Part shown: in pieces, positions 25,700 to 36,679 of the stretch
Layout: every line of letters starts with the position of its first letter
Position numbering within the stretch: position 1 is the first letter of the stretch
NCBI RefSeq assembly: GCF_902713615.1
Contig: NC_052165.1
Coordinates: 93,513,513 to 93,577,512, forward strand
DNA length: 64,000 nt
Origin: Scyliorhinus canicula
Lineage: Eukaryota
Direction of reading: 5' to 3'
Made by a program: the position numbers and the translations under genes
The notes under the pieces: generated by a model
Databases searched by the model: none
Seen by the model: only the letters and a program-made list of their open reading frames with translations
Told to the model about the DNA's origin: nothing

Positions 25700-25950
25700 C
25701 CGACTCAGCGTCCAACAATCTCTCGATGTCAGCCTGGATACTAGTCAGCGGCCGAGGGCTCCATGGGGGGGTGGGGAGGGGGGGCGGGGGGGTCAGCAGG
25801 GTCGGTGGTGGGGGGGGGGGGGGGGGGGGTGGAGCGCACATTCCAAAGATTCACATCCCTCTGAGCAAATATACTCCTCCCGTTTCGGAGCAACATGGTC
25901 GAACACGTCTGCTGAGACTGTGAGCCTCCCGTGTCCCCGAGTCTCGAGGC
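25700..25950 (-). mobile_element. Degenerate CR1 3'-end remnant
   Basis: Minus strand reads TRGH...FAQRDVNLWN...QADIERLL, resembling the CR1 ORF2 end TRGH..FFSQRVVNLWN..FKAEIDRFL. Confidence 0.55.
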
Positions 25951-26730
25951 CTGGAGGGGGCGGAAGAGGAGGAGACGACAACGTCTCGGTGTCGAACCTG
26001 GCAAACCCCCAACATGATTTGATCCGTTTCGATGAGATTGACACCTGTTCATCCAGGAAAGATGAACACATTCTCCTCAATCTCTCCGCACAGGGACCGA
26101 TACCTGTGGTGCATTACCGATTACCGCCTGAAATCCTGAAAACGACGGGTTCACTCACCCTGTGAACCACATCATCCCCCCCCCCCCCCCCCCACTCCCC
26201 ACTCCCCTCGGCAACTATCCACCCCTCAGCCAATCAGCACCGAATCTGCTAGCGATAAAGGGCACGCCCGCTAAGCTGGCATGGACAGATCTCGTGGCGC
26301 CGGGAAATCTAAATATACTACATCTTGCTGTTCGCCCCGATCGACCCTCTTCCCCTCCTAACGGTGGGCAGGCGCGTTCCTCAATGAAAAGGGCAGTTGG
26401 CCTTCGCAACAACCTGCCTGGCGATATCACGGGTTCATATCCGCCGGATGAACCTGTCTCCAGTGAAGGGACGTGAAGAGCGAGTGTTCCTCTCCAACAC
26501 CTTCCCCCAGAGAGCGAAAGACTGAATATAGCTTACCACAAATGTGAAAAGCTGAATGCACTGAGTTAATCTATCACATCCATGCTATTGCAAAACACAA
26601 ATAAATCTCCGCAAAGCCCTCGTCACACATTCTATGCTCAGAACGTGAGGTAACCACCTCCCCATTGTGACCTCCTCACACATCTATTGTTCAGCAATGA
26701 CCTCTAATAGAACTCAATTCACTCAGAATC

Positions 26731-29700
26731 AGACACCACAGAGAGACAGAGGGGACTGAGAGACATCGGTCAGCGTACAGATATCTCCCTGAGAGAGAGA
26801 GGACTGAGAGACATCGGTCAGCGTACAGATATCTCCCTGAGAGAGAGGGGGGACTGAGAGACACCAGTCAGTGCACAGATACCTCCCTGAGAGAGAGCGG
26901 CGACTGAGAGACACCAGTCAATGTACAGATCTCTCCCTGAGAGAGAGCGGCGACTGAGAGACACCAGCCAGTGTACAGATATCTCCCTGAGAGATAGGGG
27001 GGACTGAGAGACACCAGTCAGTGTACAGATACCTCCCTGAGAGAGAGCGGCGACTGAGAGACACCAGTCAATGTACAGATCTCTCCCTCAGAGAGAGAGA
27101 GGACAGAGAGTCACCAGTCAGTGTACAGATATCTCCCTGAGAGAGAGGGGACTGAGAGACACCAGTCAGTGTACAGATATCTCCCTCAGAGAGAGAGGGG
27201 ACTGAGAGACACCAGTCAGTGTACAGATATCTCCCTCAGAGAGAGAGGGGACAGAGAGTCACCAGTCAGTGTACAGATATCTCACTGAGAGAGAGAGGGA
27301 GGACGGAGAGACACCAGTCAGCGTACAGATATCTCCCTGAGAGAGAGGGGGGACTGAGAGACACCAGTCAGTGTACAGATATCTCCCTGAGAGAGAGCGG
27401 GGACTGAGAGACACCAGTCAGTGTACAGATATCTCCCTGAGAGAGCGGGGACTGAGAGACACCAGCCAGTGTACAGATATCTCCCTGAGAGATAGGGGGG
27501 ACTGAGAGACACCAGTCAGTGTACAGATACCTCCCTGAGAGAGAGCGGCGACTGAGAGACACCAGTCAATGTACAGATCTCTCCCTCAGAGAGAGAGAGG
27601 ACAGAGAGTCACCAGTCAGTGTACAGATATCTCCCTGAGAGAGAGGGGACTGAGAGTCACCAGTCAGTGTACAGATATCTCCCTGAGAGAGAGGGGACTG
27701 AGAGACACCAGTCAGTGTACAGATATCTCCCTCAGAGAGAGAGGGGACTGAGAGACACCAGTCAGTGTACAGATATCTCCCTCAGAGAGAGAGGGGACAG
27801 AGAGTCACCAGTCAGTGTACAGATATCTCACTGAGAGAGAGAGGGAGGACGGAGAGACACCAGTCAGCGTACAGATATCTCCCTGAGAGAGAGGGGGGAC
27901 TGAGAGACACCAGTCAGTGTACAGATATCTCCCTGAGAGAGAGCGGGGACTGAGAGACACCAGTCAGTGTACAGATATCTCCCTGAGAGAGCGGGGACTG
28001 AGAGACACCAGTCGGTGTACAGATATCTCCCTGAGAGAGCGGGGACTGAGAGACACCAGTCAGTGTACAGATATCTCCCAGAGAGAGAGGGGACTGAGAG
28101 ACACCAGTCAGTGTACAGATATCTCCCTGAGGGGGAGGGGACTGAGAGACACCAGTCAGTGTACAGATATCTCCCAGAGAGAGAGAGAGGGGGGACTGAG
28201 AGACACCAGTCAGTGTACAGATCTCTCCCTGAGAGAGAGAGGGGACTGAGAGACACCAGTCAGTGTACAGATATCTCACTGAGAGAGAGAGAGAGGACGA
28301 GAGACACCAGTCAGTGTACAGATATCTCCCTGAGAGAGAGAGGGGACTGAGAGACACCAGTCAGTGTACAGATATCTCCCTGAGAGAGAGGGGGGACTGA
28401 GAGACACCAGTCAGTGTACAGATATCTCCCTGAGAGAGAGCGGGGACTGAGAGACACCAGTCAGTGTACAGATATCTCCCTGAGAGAGCGGGGACTGAGA
28501 GACACCAGCCAGTGTACAGATATCTCCCTGAGAGATAGGGGGGACTGAGAGACACCAGTCAGTGTACAGATACCTCCCTGAGAGAGAGCGGCGACTGAGA
28601 GACACCAGTCAATGTACAGATCTCTCCCTCAGAGAGAGAGAGGACAGAGAGTCACCAGTCAGTGTACAGATATCTCCCTGAGAGAGAGTGGACTGAGAGT
28701 CACCAGTCAGTGTACAGATATCTCCCTGAGAGAGAGGGGACTGAGAGACACCAGTCAGTGTACAGATATCTCCCTCAGAGAGAGAGGGGACTGAGAGACA
28801 CCAGTCAGTGTACAGATATCTCCCTCAGAGAGAGAGGGGACAGAGAGTCACCAGTCAGTGTACAGATATCTCACTGAGAGAGAGAGGGAGGACGGAGAGA
28901 CACCAGTCAGCGTACAGATATCTCCCTGAGAGAGAGGGGGGACTGAGAGACACCAGTCAGTGTACAGATATCTCCCTGAGAGAGAGCGGGGACTGAGAGA
29001 CACCAGTCAGTGTACAGATATCTCCCTGAGAGAGCGGGGACTGAGAGACACCAGTCGGTGTACAGATATCTCCCTGAGAGAGCGGGGACTGAGAGACACC
29101 AGTCAGTGTACAGATATCTCCCAGAGAGAGAGGGGACTGAGAGACACCAGTCAGTGTACAGATATCTCCCTGAGGGGGAGGGGACTGAGAGACACCAGTC
29201 AGTGTACAGATATCTCCCAGAGAGAGAGAGAGGGGGGACTGAGAGACACCAGTCAGTGTACAGATCTCTCCCTGAGAGAGAGAGGGGACTGAGAGACACC
29301 AGTCAGTGTACAGATATCTCACTGAGAGAGAGAGAGAGGACGAGAGACACCAGTCAGTGTACAGATATCTCCCTGAGAGAGAGAGGGGACTGAGAGACAC
29401 CAGTCAGTGTACAGATATCTCCCTGAGAGAGGGGGGACTGAGAGACAGCAGTCAGTGTACATATATCTCCCTGAGAGAGAGGGGACTGAGAGACACCAGT
29501 CAGTGTACAGATATCTCCCTGGGAGAGAGAGGGAACTGAGCGACACCAGTCAGTGTACAAATATCTCCCTGAGTGAGAGAGGGGACTGAGAGACACCAGT
29601 CAGTGTACAAATATCTCACTGAGAGAGATAGAGAGGACGAGAGACACCCGTCAGTGTACAGATATCTACCTGAGAGAGAGAGAGAGAGAGAGGGGACTGA

Positions 29701-30344
29701 GAGACACCAGTCAGTGTACAGATATCTCCCTGAGAGAGAGAGAGGACTGAGAGACACCAGTCAGTGTACAGATATCTCCCTGAGAGAGAGGACTGAGAGA
29801 CACCAGTCAGTGTACAGATATCTCCCTGAGAGAGAGGGGACTGAGAGATACCAGTCAGTGTACAGATATCTCCCTGAGAGAGAGAGGACTGAGAGACACC
29901 AGTCAGTGTACAGATATCTCGCTGAGAGAGGGGACTGAGAGACACCAGTCAGTGCACAGATATCTCCCTGAGAGAGAGAGGGGACTGAGAGACACCAGTC
30001 AGTGTACAGATATCTCCCTGAGAGAGAGGGGACTGAGAGACACCAGTCAGTGTACAGATATCTCCCTGTGAGAGAGAGGGGACTGAGAGACACCAGTCAG
30101 TGTACAGATATCTCCCTGAGAGAGAGAGGACTGAGAGACACCAGTCAGCGTACAGATATCTCCCCGAGAGAGAGGGGGGACTGAGGGACACCAATCAGTA
30201 TACAGATATCTCCCTGAGAGAGAGAGGGGACTGAGAGACACTAGTCAGTGTACAGACATCTCCCTGAGAGAGGGGGGACTGAGAGACACCAGTCAGTGTA
30301 CAGATATCTCCCTGAGAGAGAAAGAGGGGACTGAGAGACACCAG
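26731..30344 (-). repeat. Same 48-52-bp satellite in inverted orientation (left part)
   Basis: Reverse complement of the 22549-25460 unit. Confidence 0.97.
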
Positions 30345-33300
30345 TGATGTACCATCAATTGGACGCGAGACACGATGAAGATCCAAACTGTGGCTTTAGT
30401 CAGCTAGTTGTTAGCTCGGTGGTCAACTACAGAGAAATGCCGACCGCCGGGAACTCTGGGTACTTATACCCCGCCTCGGAGGCGTGGTCTACTTGCCTCT
30501 CGACCAATTGGTGAGCAGTCACATGACTAGTCCCAGCCAATCGGACGAGAGGCACATGACCAGCCAGAGCCAATGGGAAGCCAATGCTCTGCACCAATGG
30601 CAGTGCTCACATTCATACCACCACATTCACCCCTTGTGGAGAAATGTGGGGGGGGGGGTAAGTGGATCAGAGTGGGGGGGAGGGGGGGAGTCCGTGGACT
30701 GGTGGTATAAGCAGCGAAAATCGAGAAATGTGGGCTGCCCACTGGCCCGTGGCAAAAAAGAACAATACTACTACTAACTTAAGGTGCAACAGAATAACAA
30801 CAAAGTCCAAAAAAAATGTCCCATGGCCGCATCAGATGGAGAGGATCAGCCTGCCGGGTGCCCGTGGTGTTCTGGAGGACCGTCGCAGTGGAGCCGGTGA
30901 CGTCGGGCCGATGGCCGTCCTTGCCTCCGGGAGCGTTGGTCGTAGATGTGTCTCCGTACCCCGGGCCGGTGGTGGAGACGCTGTAATCGGGGGAGAGGGG
31001 GCATGTGCGCTGGGTCGTGGGGGCGCGGGGGGCATTGGGGGGAATTGGGGTTGGGGGGGAGATGTTGGTGAAGGGGGAGAAGGCCGCACGCCGGCGGGTG
31101 CCAGGTCCCGGAGCGAGACCGTGTCCTGCCGACCGTCGGGATACTCCACGTACGCATATTGCGGGTTGGCGTGGAGTAACTGGACTCACTCAACCAACGG
31201 GTCGGACTTGTGCACTCGCACATGCTTCCGGAGCAAGATGGGCCCGGGAGTGGCCAGCCAGGTCGGGAGAGGGGATCCTGAGGACGACTTCCTGGGGAAA
31301 ACAAGAAGACGTTAATGAGGTGTTTGATTAGTGGTAGTACAGAGGAGAGACCGGATTGAGTGAAGGGCGTCGGGGATGACCTCTTGCCAACGGGGAATAG
31401 GGAGATCTCTGGACCGTAGGGCCAGCAGGATGGTCTTCCAAATGGTGCCATTCTCCCGCTCGACCTGACCGTTACCCCGGGGGTTATAGCTGATCGTCCT
31501 GCTAGAGGCTATGCCCCTGCTGAGCAGGAATTGACGCAGCTCGTCGCTCATGAAGGAGGACCCCCGGTCGCTATGGATGTACGTGGGGTCACCGAACAGG
31601 GAGAAGATGGATAGGAGGGCCTTTATGACGGTTGTTGTGGTCATGTCGGGGCAGGGAATGGTGAAAGGGAAGCGGGAGTATTCGTCAATAACACTCAAGA
31701 AATAAGTGTTACGGTTGTTGGAGGGGAGGGGACCCTTGAAGTCTATACTGAGACATTCAAAGGGGCGGGGTGCCTTGATCAGATGCGCTCATTCGGGGCG
31801 ATAGAAGTGCGGTTTGCACTCGGCGCAGACGTGGCAGTCCCTAGTGACAGTCCTGACTTCCTCGACGGAGTAGGGCAGTTTGCGGGTCTTAATAAAATGG
31901 TAGAAGGGCAGCACGGTGGCCTAGTGGTTAGCACAACCGCCTCACGGCGCTGAGGTCCCAAGTTCGATCCCGGCTCTGGGTCACTGTCCGTGTGGAGTTT
32001 GCACGTTCTCCCCGTGTCTGCGTGGGTTTCGCCCCCACAACCCAAAAATGTGCAGAGTAGGTGGATTGGCCACGCTAAATTGCCCCTTAATTGGAAAAAA
32101 TAATTGGGTAATCTAAATTTATAAAAAAAAATAAAAAAAATAAAATGGTAGAAACGGGTCACCCCTGGATGGCGGAGGTCCGTGTGGAGGGAGCGGAGGC
32201 GGTCAATCTGCGCGCTGGCGCAGGTACCGCGGGATAGGGCATCGGAAGGCTCGTTGAGCTTCCCAGGACGATACAAGATATCGTAGTTGTACGCGGACAA
32301 CTCGATCCTCCACCATAAAATCTTGTCGTTCTTGATCTTGCCCCTTTGTGCATTATCAAACATGAAGGCTACTGACCGTTGGTCTGTGAGGAGGGTAAAC
32401 CTCCTGCCGGCCAAATAGTGCCTCCAATGTCGCACAGCTTCGACTATGGCCTGTGCCTCCATTTCCACCGAGGAATGGCGGAGTTCGGAAGCCTGGAGGG
32501 TCTGGGAGAAGAAGGCCACGGGCCTGCCCGCTTGGTCGAGGGTGGCCGCCAGAGCTACGTCAGACGCGTCGCTCTCGACCTGGAAGGGGAGGGACTCGTC
32601 GATGGCGCGCATCGTGGCCTTTGCGATGTCCGCTTTGATGCGGCTAAAGGCCTGGCGGGCCTCCATTGACAGGGAAAAGGAGGTGGACTGGATGAGGGGG
32701 CGGGCTTTGTCGGCGTAGTTGGGGACCCACTGGGCGTAATAGGAGAAGAAGCCCAGGCAGCGTTTGAGGGAGTTGAGGGAGTTGGGGAGGGGGAGTTCCA
32801 TCAGGGGGCGCATGCGTTCGGGGTCGGGGCCTATCACTCCGTTACGCACTCCGTAGCAAAGGATGGCTAGACGGTCGGTGCTAAACACGCACTTATCCTT
32901 ATTGCAAGTTAAATTAGGAGGTTTGCGGTTCGGAGGAATTTTTGGAGGTTGATGTCGTGGTCCTGCTGGTCGTGGCCGCAGATGGTGACGTTATCGAGAT
33001 ACGGGAAGGTGGCCCGTAATCCGTACATGTCGACCATTCGGTCCATCTCCCGTTGGAAGACCGAGACCCCATTTGTGACACCAAATGGAACCCTGAGGAA
33101 GTGGTAGAGGCGCCCGTCAGCCTCAAACGCGGTGTACAGTCGGTCACTCGCGCGGATGGGGAGCTGGTGGTAGGCAGACTTAATGTCCACAGTGGAGAAG
33201 ACTGTACTTTGCGATCCTGTTAACCAGGTCGGAGAGACGTGGGAGAGGATACGCGTCCAGCTGCGTAAACCGATTGATGGTTTGGCTATAATCGATGACC

Positions 33301-35329
33301 ATCCGGTTTTTCTCCCCAGTCCAAACTACCAGCACTTGGGCTCGCCAGGGACTGTTGCTGGCCTCGATAACTCCTTCCTTAAGGAGCCTCTGGACCTCGG
33401 ACCCGATGAAGGACCGGTCCTGGGCGCTGTACCGTCTGCTCCGTGTGGCGACAGGTTTACAATCTGGGGTGAGATTAGCAAACAAGGAGGGGGGGTCCAC
33501 TTTGAGGGACGCGAGGCTGCAGACAGTGAGGGGGGAATAGGGCCGCCGAATTGGAAGGTCAAGCTCTGCAGGTTGCACTGGAAGTCCAGGCCCAAGAGTG
33601 CCGGAGCGCATAGACGGGGGAGAATGAGGAGTTTGAAATTGTTGAAAACCCTCCCCTGGACCGTGAGGTCCGCTATGCAGCACCCGGTGATTTGGATGGA
33701 ATGCGAACCTGAGGCCAAATCAATCTTATGTTTAATTTGGTGGATGGGGAGCTCGCAGCGTCTTACCGTGTCAGGGTGGACGAAACTTTCCGTGCTCCCG
33801 GAGTCCAGCAGGCATCTCGTTTTGTGTCCGTTGAGCTGAACCGTTGTTGTATCCTTGGCGAGCGTGCGTGGTCGCGACGGGTGGAGTGTGATGGAAGCCA
33901 GTCGTGGTGAGAGTTCCAGATCCTCCTCAGTGGCAGAGTAGTCGCTGGCAGGGCCTTCCGTGTTGGCCCAAAATGGCGGCGCCCAGGACCCGTACATGGC
34001 GTCCGGGGCCCAAGATGGCGGCGCCCGTGGGTGTCTCGTGGCGGCTGGGGCCCAAGATGGCGGCGCCCGTGGGTGTCTCGTGGCGGCTGGGGGCAGTGTC
34101 AGCGGCATCTGCGGTCCGGTCGGGGCAGCTGGGAGCGAGGGTCGGGAGGACCGTGGGGCCGTTGCGGGGGCTGGGGGGTGGGCCGGAGCGGTTGGTGCGT
34201 GGCGCTGGGCCCTAGGGGGGCCCGGGGGGGGATCCGCGGTCGCTGCGCGGGACAGCAGCGACCGACTTGGCCTGGCAGACCACCGCGTAGTGGCCCTTCC
34301 TCCTGCAGCTCTTACACAGAGCGGAGCGGGCCGGGCAGCGCGGGCGGGGGTGCTTTGAGAGGCCACAGAAATAGCAACGGGGCCCCGATAGCCTGCCGGA
34401 GCGTCCCGCAGCGCAGGCTTGGGGGGGGGGTCAGGGTCCACGGAGGACGGGGGTGGGGCGTGCCATGAAGCCCAGGGGGTTGCTGCGCGGCCGGGGGCGT
34501 ATGCGCGGGCGTTCAGGTCAGCAACCTCCAGGGAGGTTGCCAGAGTCCGTGCCCCAGCTAGGCTGAGGGTGTTCTTCTCCAGCAATCGTTGGCGGATAGA
34601 AGGGGACTGCATGCCAGCAACGTAAGCTTCTCTGATTAACCGTTCCATGTGCTCCGTCGCTGAAACTTGGAGACATGCGCACGTTCTCCCTAGAGCTGCG
34701 AGGGCTGGTAAAACTCGTCAAGGGACTCACCAGGGAACTGTTGTCTGGTCGTCAGGAGATGCCGTGCGTAAACTTTGTTGACCGGCTGGAGAAAGTGTCC
34801 TTTGTGAATCTCCATGGCCGCATCATAATCGCTTTCGTCCTCGATCATTGCGTAGACCGATGTGCCCACGCATGAGTGGAGGACGTGGAGTTTCTGCTCC
34901 TTGCTGGGCTTGCCGGCTGCCGTCAGGTAACTGTTGAAACAGGCCTGCCAGTGTTTAAAGATTGCAGACGCATTTGCAGCATGCGGGCTGGTACGGAGGC
35001 AGTCAGGCTTGATGGGTAGCTCCATTCCAAAATTCTAGCTGATTAAATTGATGTACCATCAATTGGACTCGAGACACGATGAAGATCCAAACTGTGGCTT
35101 TAATCAGCTAGTTGTTAGCCCGGTGGTCGACTACAGAGAAATACCGACTGCCGGGAACTCTGGGTACTTATATCCCGCCTCGGAGGCGGGGTCTACTTGC
35201 CTCTCGACCAATTGGTCAGCAGTTACATGACTAGTCCCAGCCAATCGGACGAGAGGCACATGACCAGCCAGAGCCAATGGGAAGCCAATGCTCTGCACCA
35301 ATGGCAGTGCTCACATTCATACCGCCACA
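30345..35329 (-). mobile_element. Full-length but decayed Ty3/Gypsy LTR retrotransposon 2, inserted in the satellite
   Basis: 281-bp TG...CA LTRs at 30345-30625 and 35049-35329. Perfect TSD ACCAG (30340-30344, 35330-35334). gag from 35025, protease LLDSGS, RT YLDN, RNase H ESDAS/LTDQ, integrase IDEYSRF/HSDRG/GQVER. Confidence 0.96.
31906..32138 (+). mobile_element. Poly(A)-tailed V-SINE inserted in Gypsy-2 pol
   Basis: A box TGGCCTAGTGG, B box GTTCGATCC, shortened V-domain, A-tail; 15-bp TSD AATAAAATGGTAGAA (31891-31905, 32139-32153). Confidence 0.92.
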
Positions 35330-36353
35330 ACCAGTCAGTGTACAGATATCTCCCTGAGAGAGAGAGGGGGGACTGAGAGACACCAGCCAGTGTACAGATA
35401 TCTCCCTGAGGGAGAGAGGGGACTGAGAGACACCAGTCAGTGTACAGATATCTCCCTGAGAGAGAGAGGGGACTGAGAGACACCAGTCAGTGTACAGATA
35501 TCTCCCTGAGAGAGAGAGGGGACTGAGAGACACCAGTCAGTGTACAGATATCTTCCTGAGAGAGAGAGGGGACTGAGAGACACCAGTCAGTGTACAGATA
35601 TCTCCCTGAGAGAGAGGACTGAGAGACACCAGTCAGTGTACAGATATCTTCCTGAGAGAGAGAGGGGACTGAGAGACACCAGTCAGTGTACAGATATCTC
35701 CCTGAGAGAGAGGGGGGACTGAGAGACACCAGTCAGTGTACAGATATCTCCCTGACAGAGGGGGGACTGAGAGACACCAGTCAGTGTACAGATATCTCCC
35801 TGAGAGAGAGGACTGAGAGACACCAGTCAGTGTACAGATATCTCCCTGAGAGAGAGGGGACTGAGAGACACCAGTCAGTGTACAGATATCGCCCTGAGAG
35901 AGGGGGGACTGAGAGACACCAGTCAGTGTACAGATATCTCCCTGAGAGAGAGGGGGGACCCAGAGACGCCAGTCAGTGTACCGATATCTTCCTGAGAGAG
36001 AGGGGACTGAGAGACACCAGTCAGTGTACAGATATCTCCCTGAGGGAGAGGGGACTGAGAGACACCAGTCAGTGTACAGATATCTCCCTGAGAGAGGGGG
36101 GACTGAGAGACACCAGTCAGTGTACAGATATCTCCCTGAGAGAGAGGACTGAGAGACACCAGTCAGTGTACAGATATCTCCCTGAGAGAGAGGGGACTGA
36201 GAGACACCAGTCAGTGTACAGATATCTCCCTGAGAGAGAGGGGGGACTGAGAGACCCCAGTCAGTGTACAGATATCGCCCTGAGAGAGAGGGGACTGAGA
36301 GACACCAGTCAGTGTACAGATATCTCCCTGAGAGAGAAGGGGGGGGACTGAGA
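35330..36353 (-). repeat. Continuation of the inverted 48-52-bp satellite
   Basis: Resumes in register after the TSD. Confidence 0.97.
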
Positions 36354-36584
36354 AATACCTCCTTATATCTATGATGTCCTCCAGCCCCTACAACACTCCC
36401 CTGGTCCAACAACCTTTCCAACCTCTGTAACGTTGACAAACCCTCTGTGATCTATACTCTGCTCTATCCAGCCTCTCGGGTATCTCCCGACTCCGACTGT
36501 TCCCTCACTGAGTGAATCTTTCTAAGGTTGACACATCCACAGCGACCAGCGCCGTATGAACACCAGTCGCTGAGTAACATTCTC

Positions 36585-36603
36585 CAGCCACTAGGGGGAG
36601 TCA
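36585..36603 (+). promoter_or_regulatory. CTCF core motif
   Basis: CAGCCACTAGGGGGAGTCA closely matches the CCASYAGRKGGCRS consensus; it lies in a short unique island between two satellites. Confidence 0.55.
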
Positions 36604-36679
36604 GACGTCTGCTTGTGCAGTTTGGAAACTGAATCTTTTGTTCCTGAGTCAGAACGCACAAGTTAGTTGATTGCAAATA

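Noticed and set aside
25461-26730. Candidate exons of the orphan gene in the spacer (donor-like sites at 25612, 26103 and 26158)
   Set aside because: They overlap a CR1 remnant or G-runs, and no convincing acceptor-ORF-donor unit was found.
31906-31980. tRNA genes at the A/B-box sites
   Set aside because: These are SINE heads followed by V-domains, with no complete cloverleaf.
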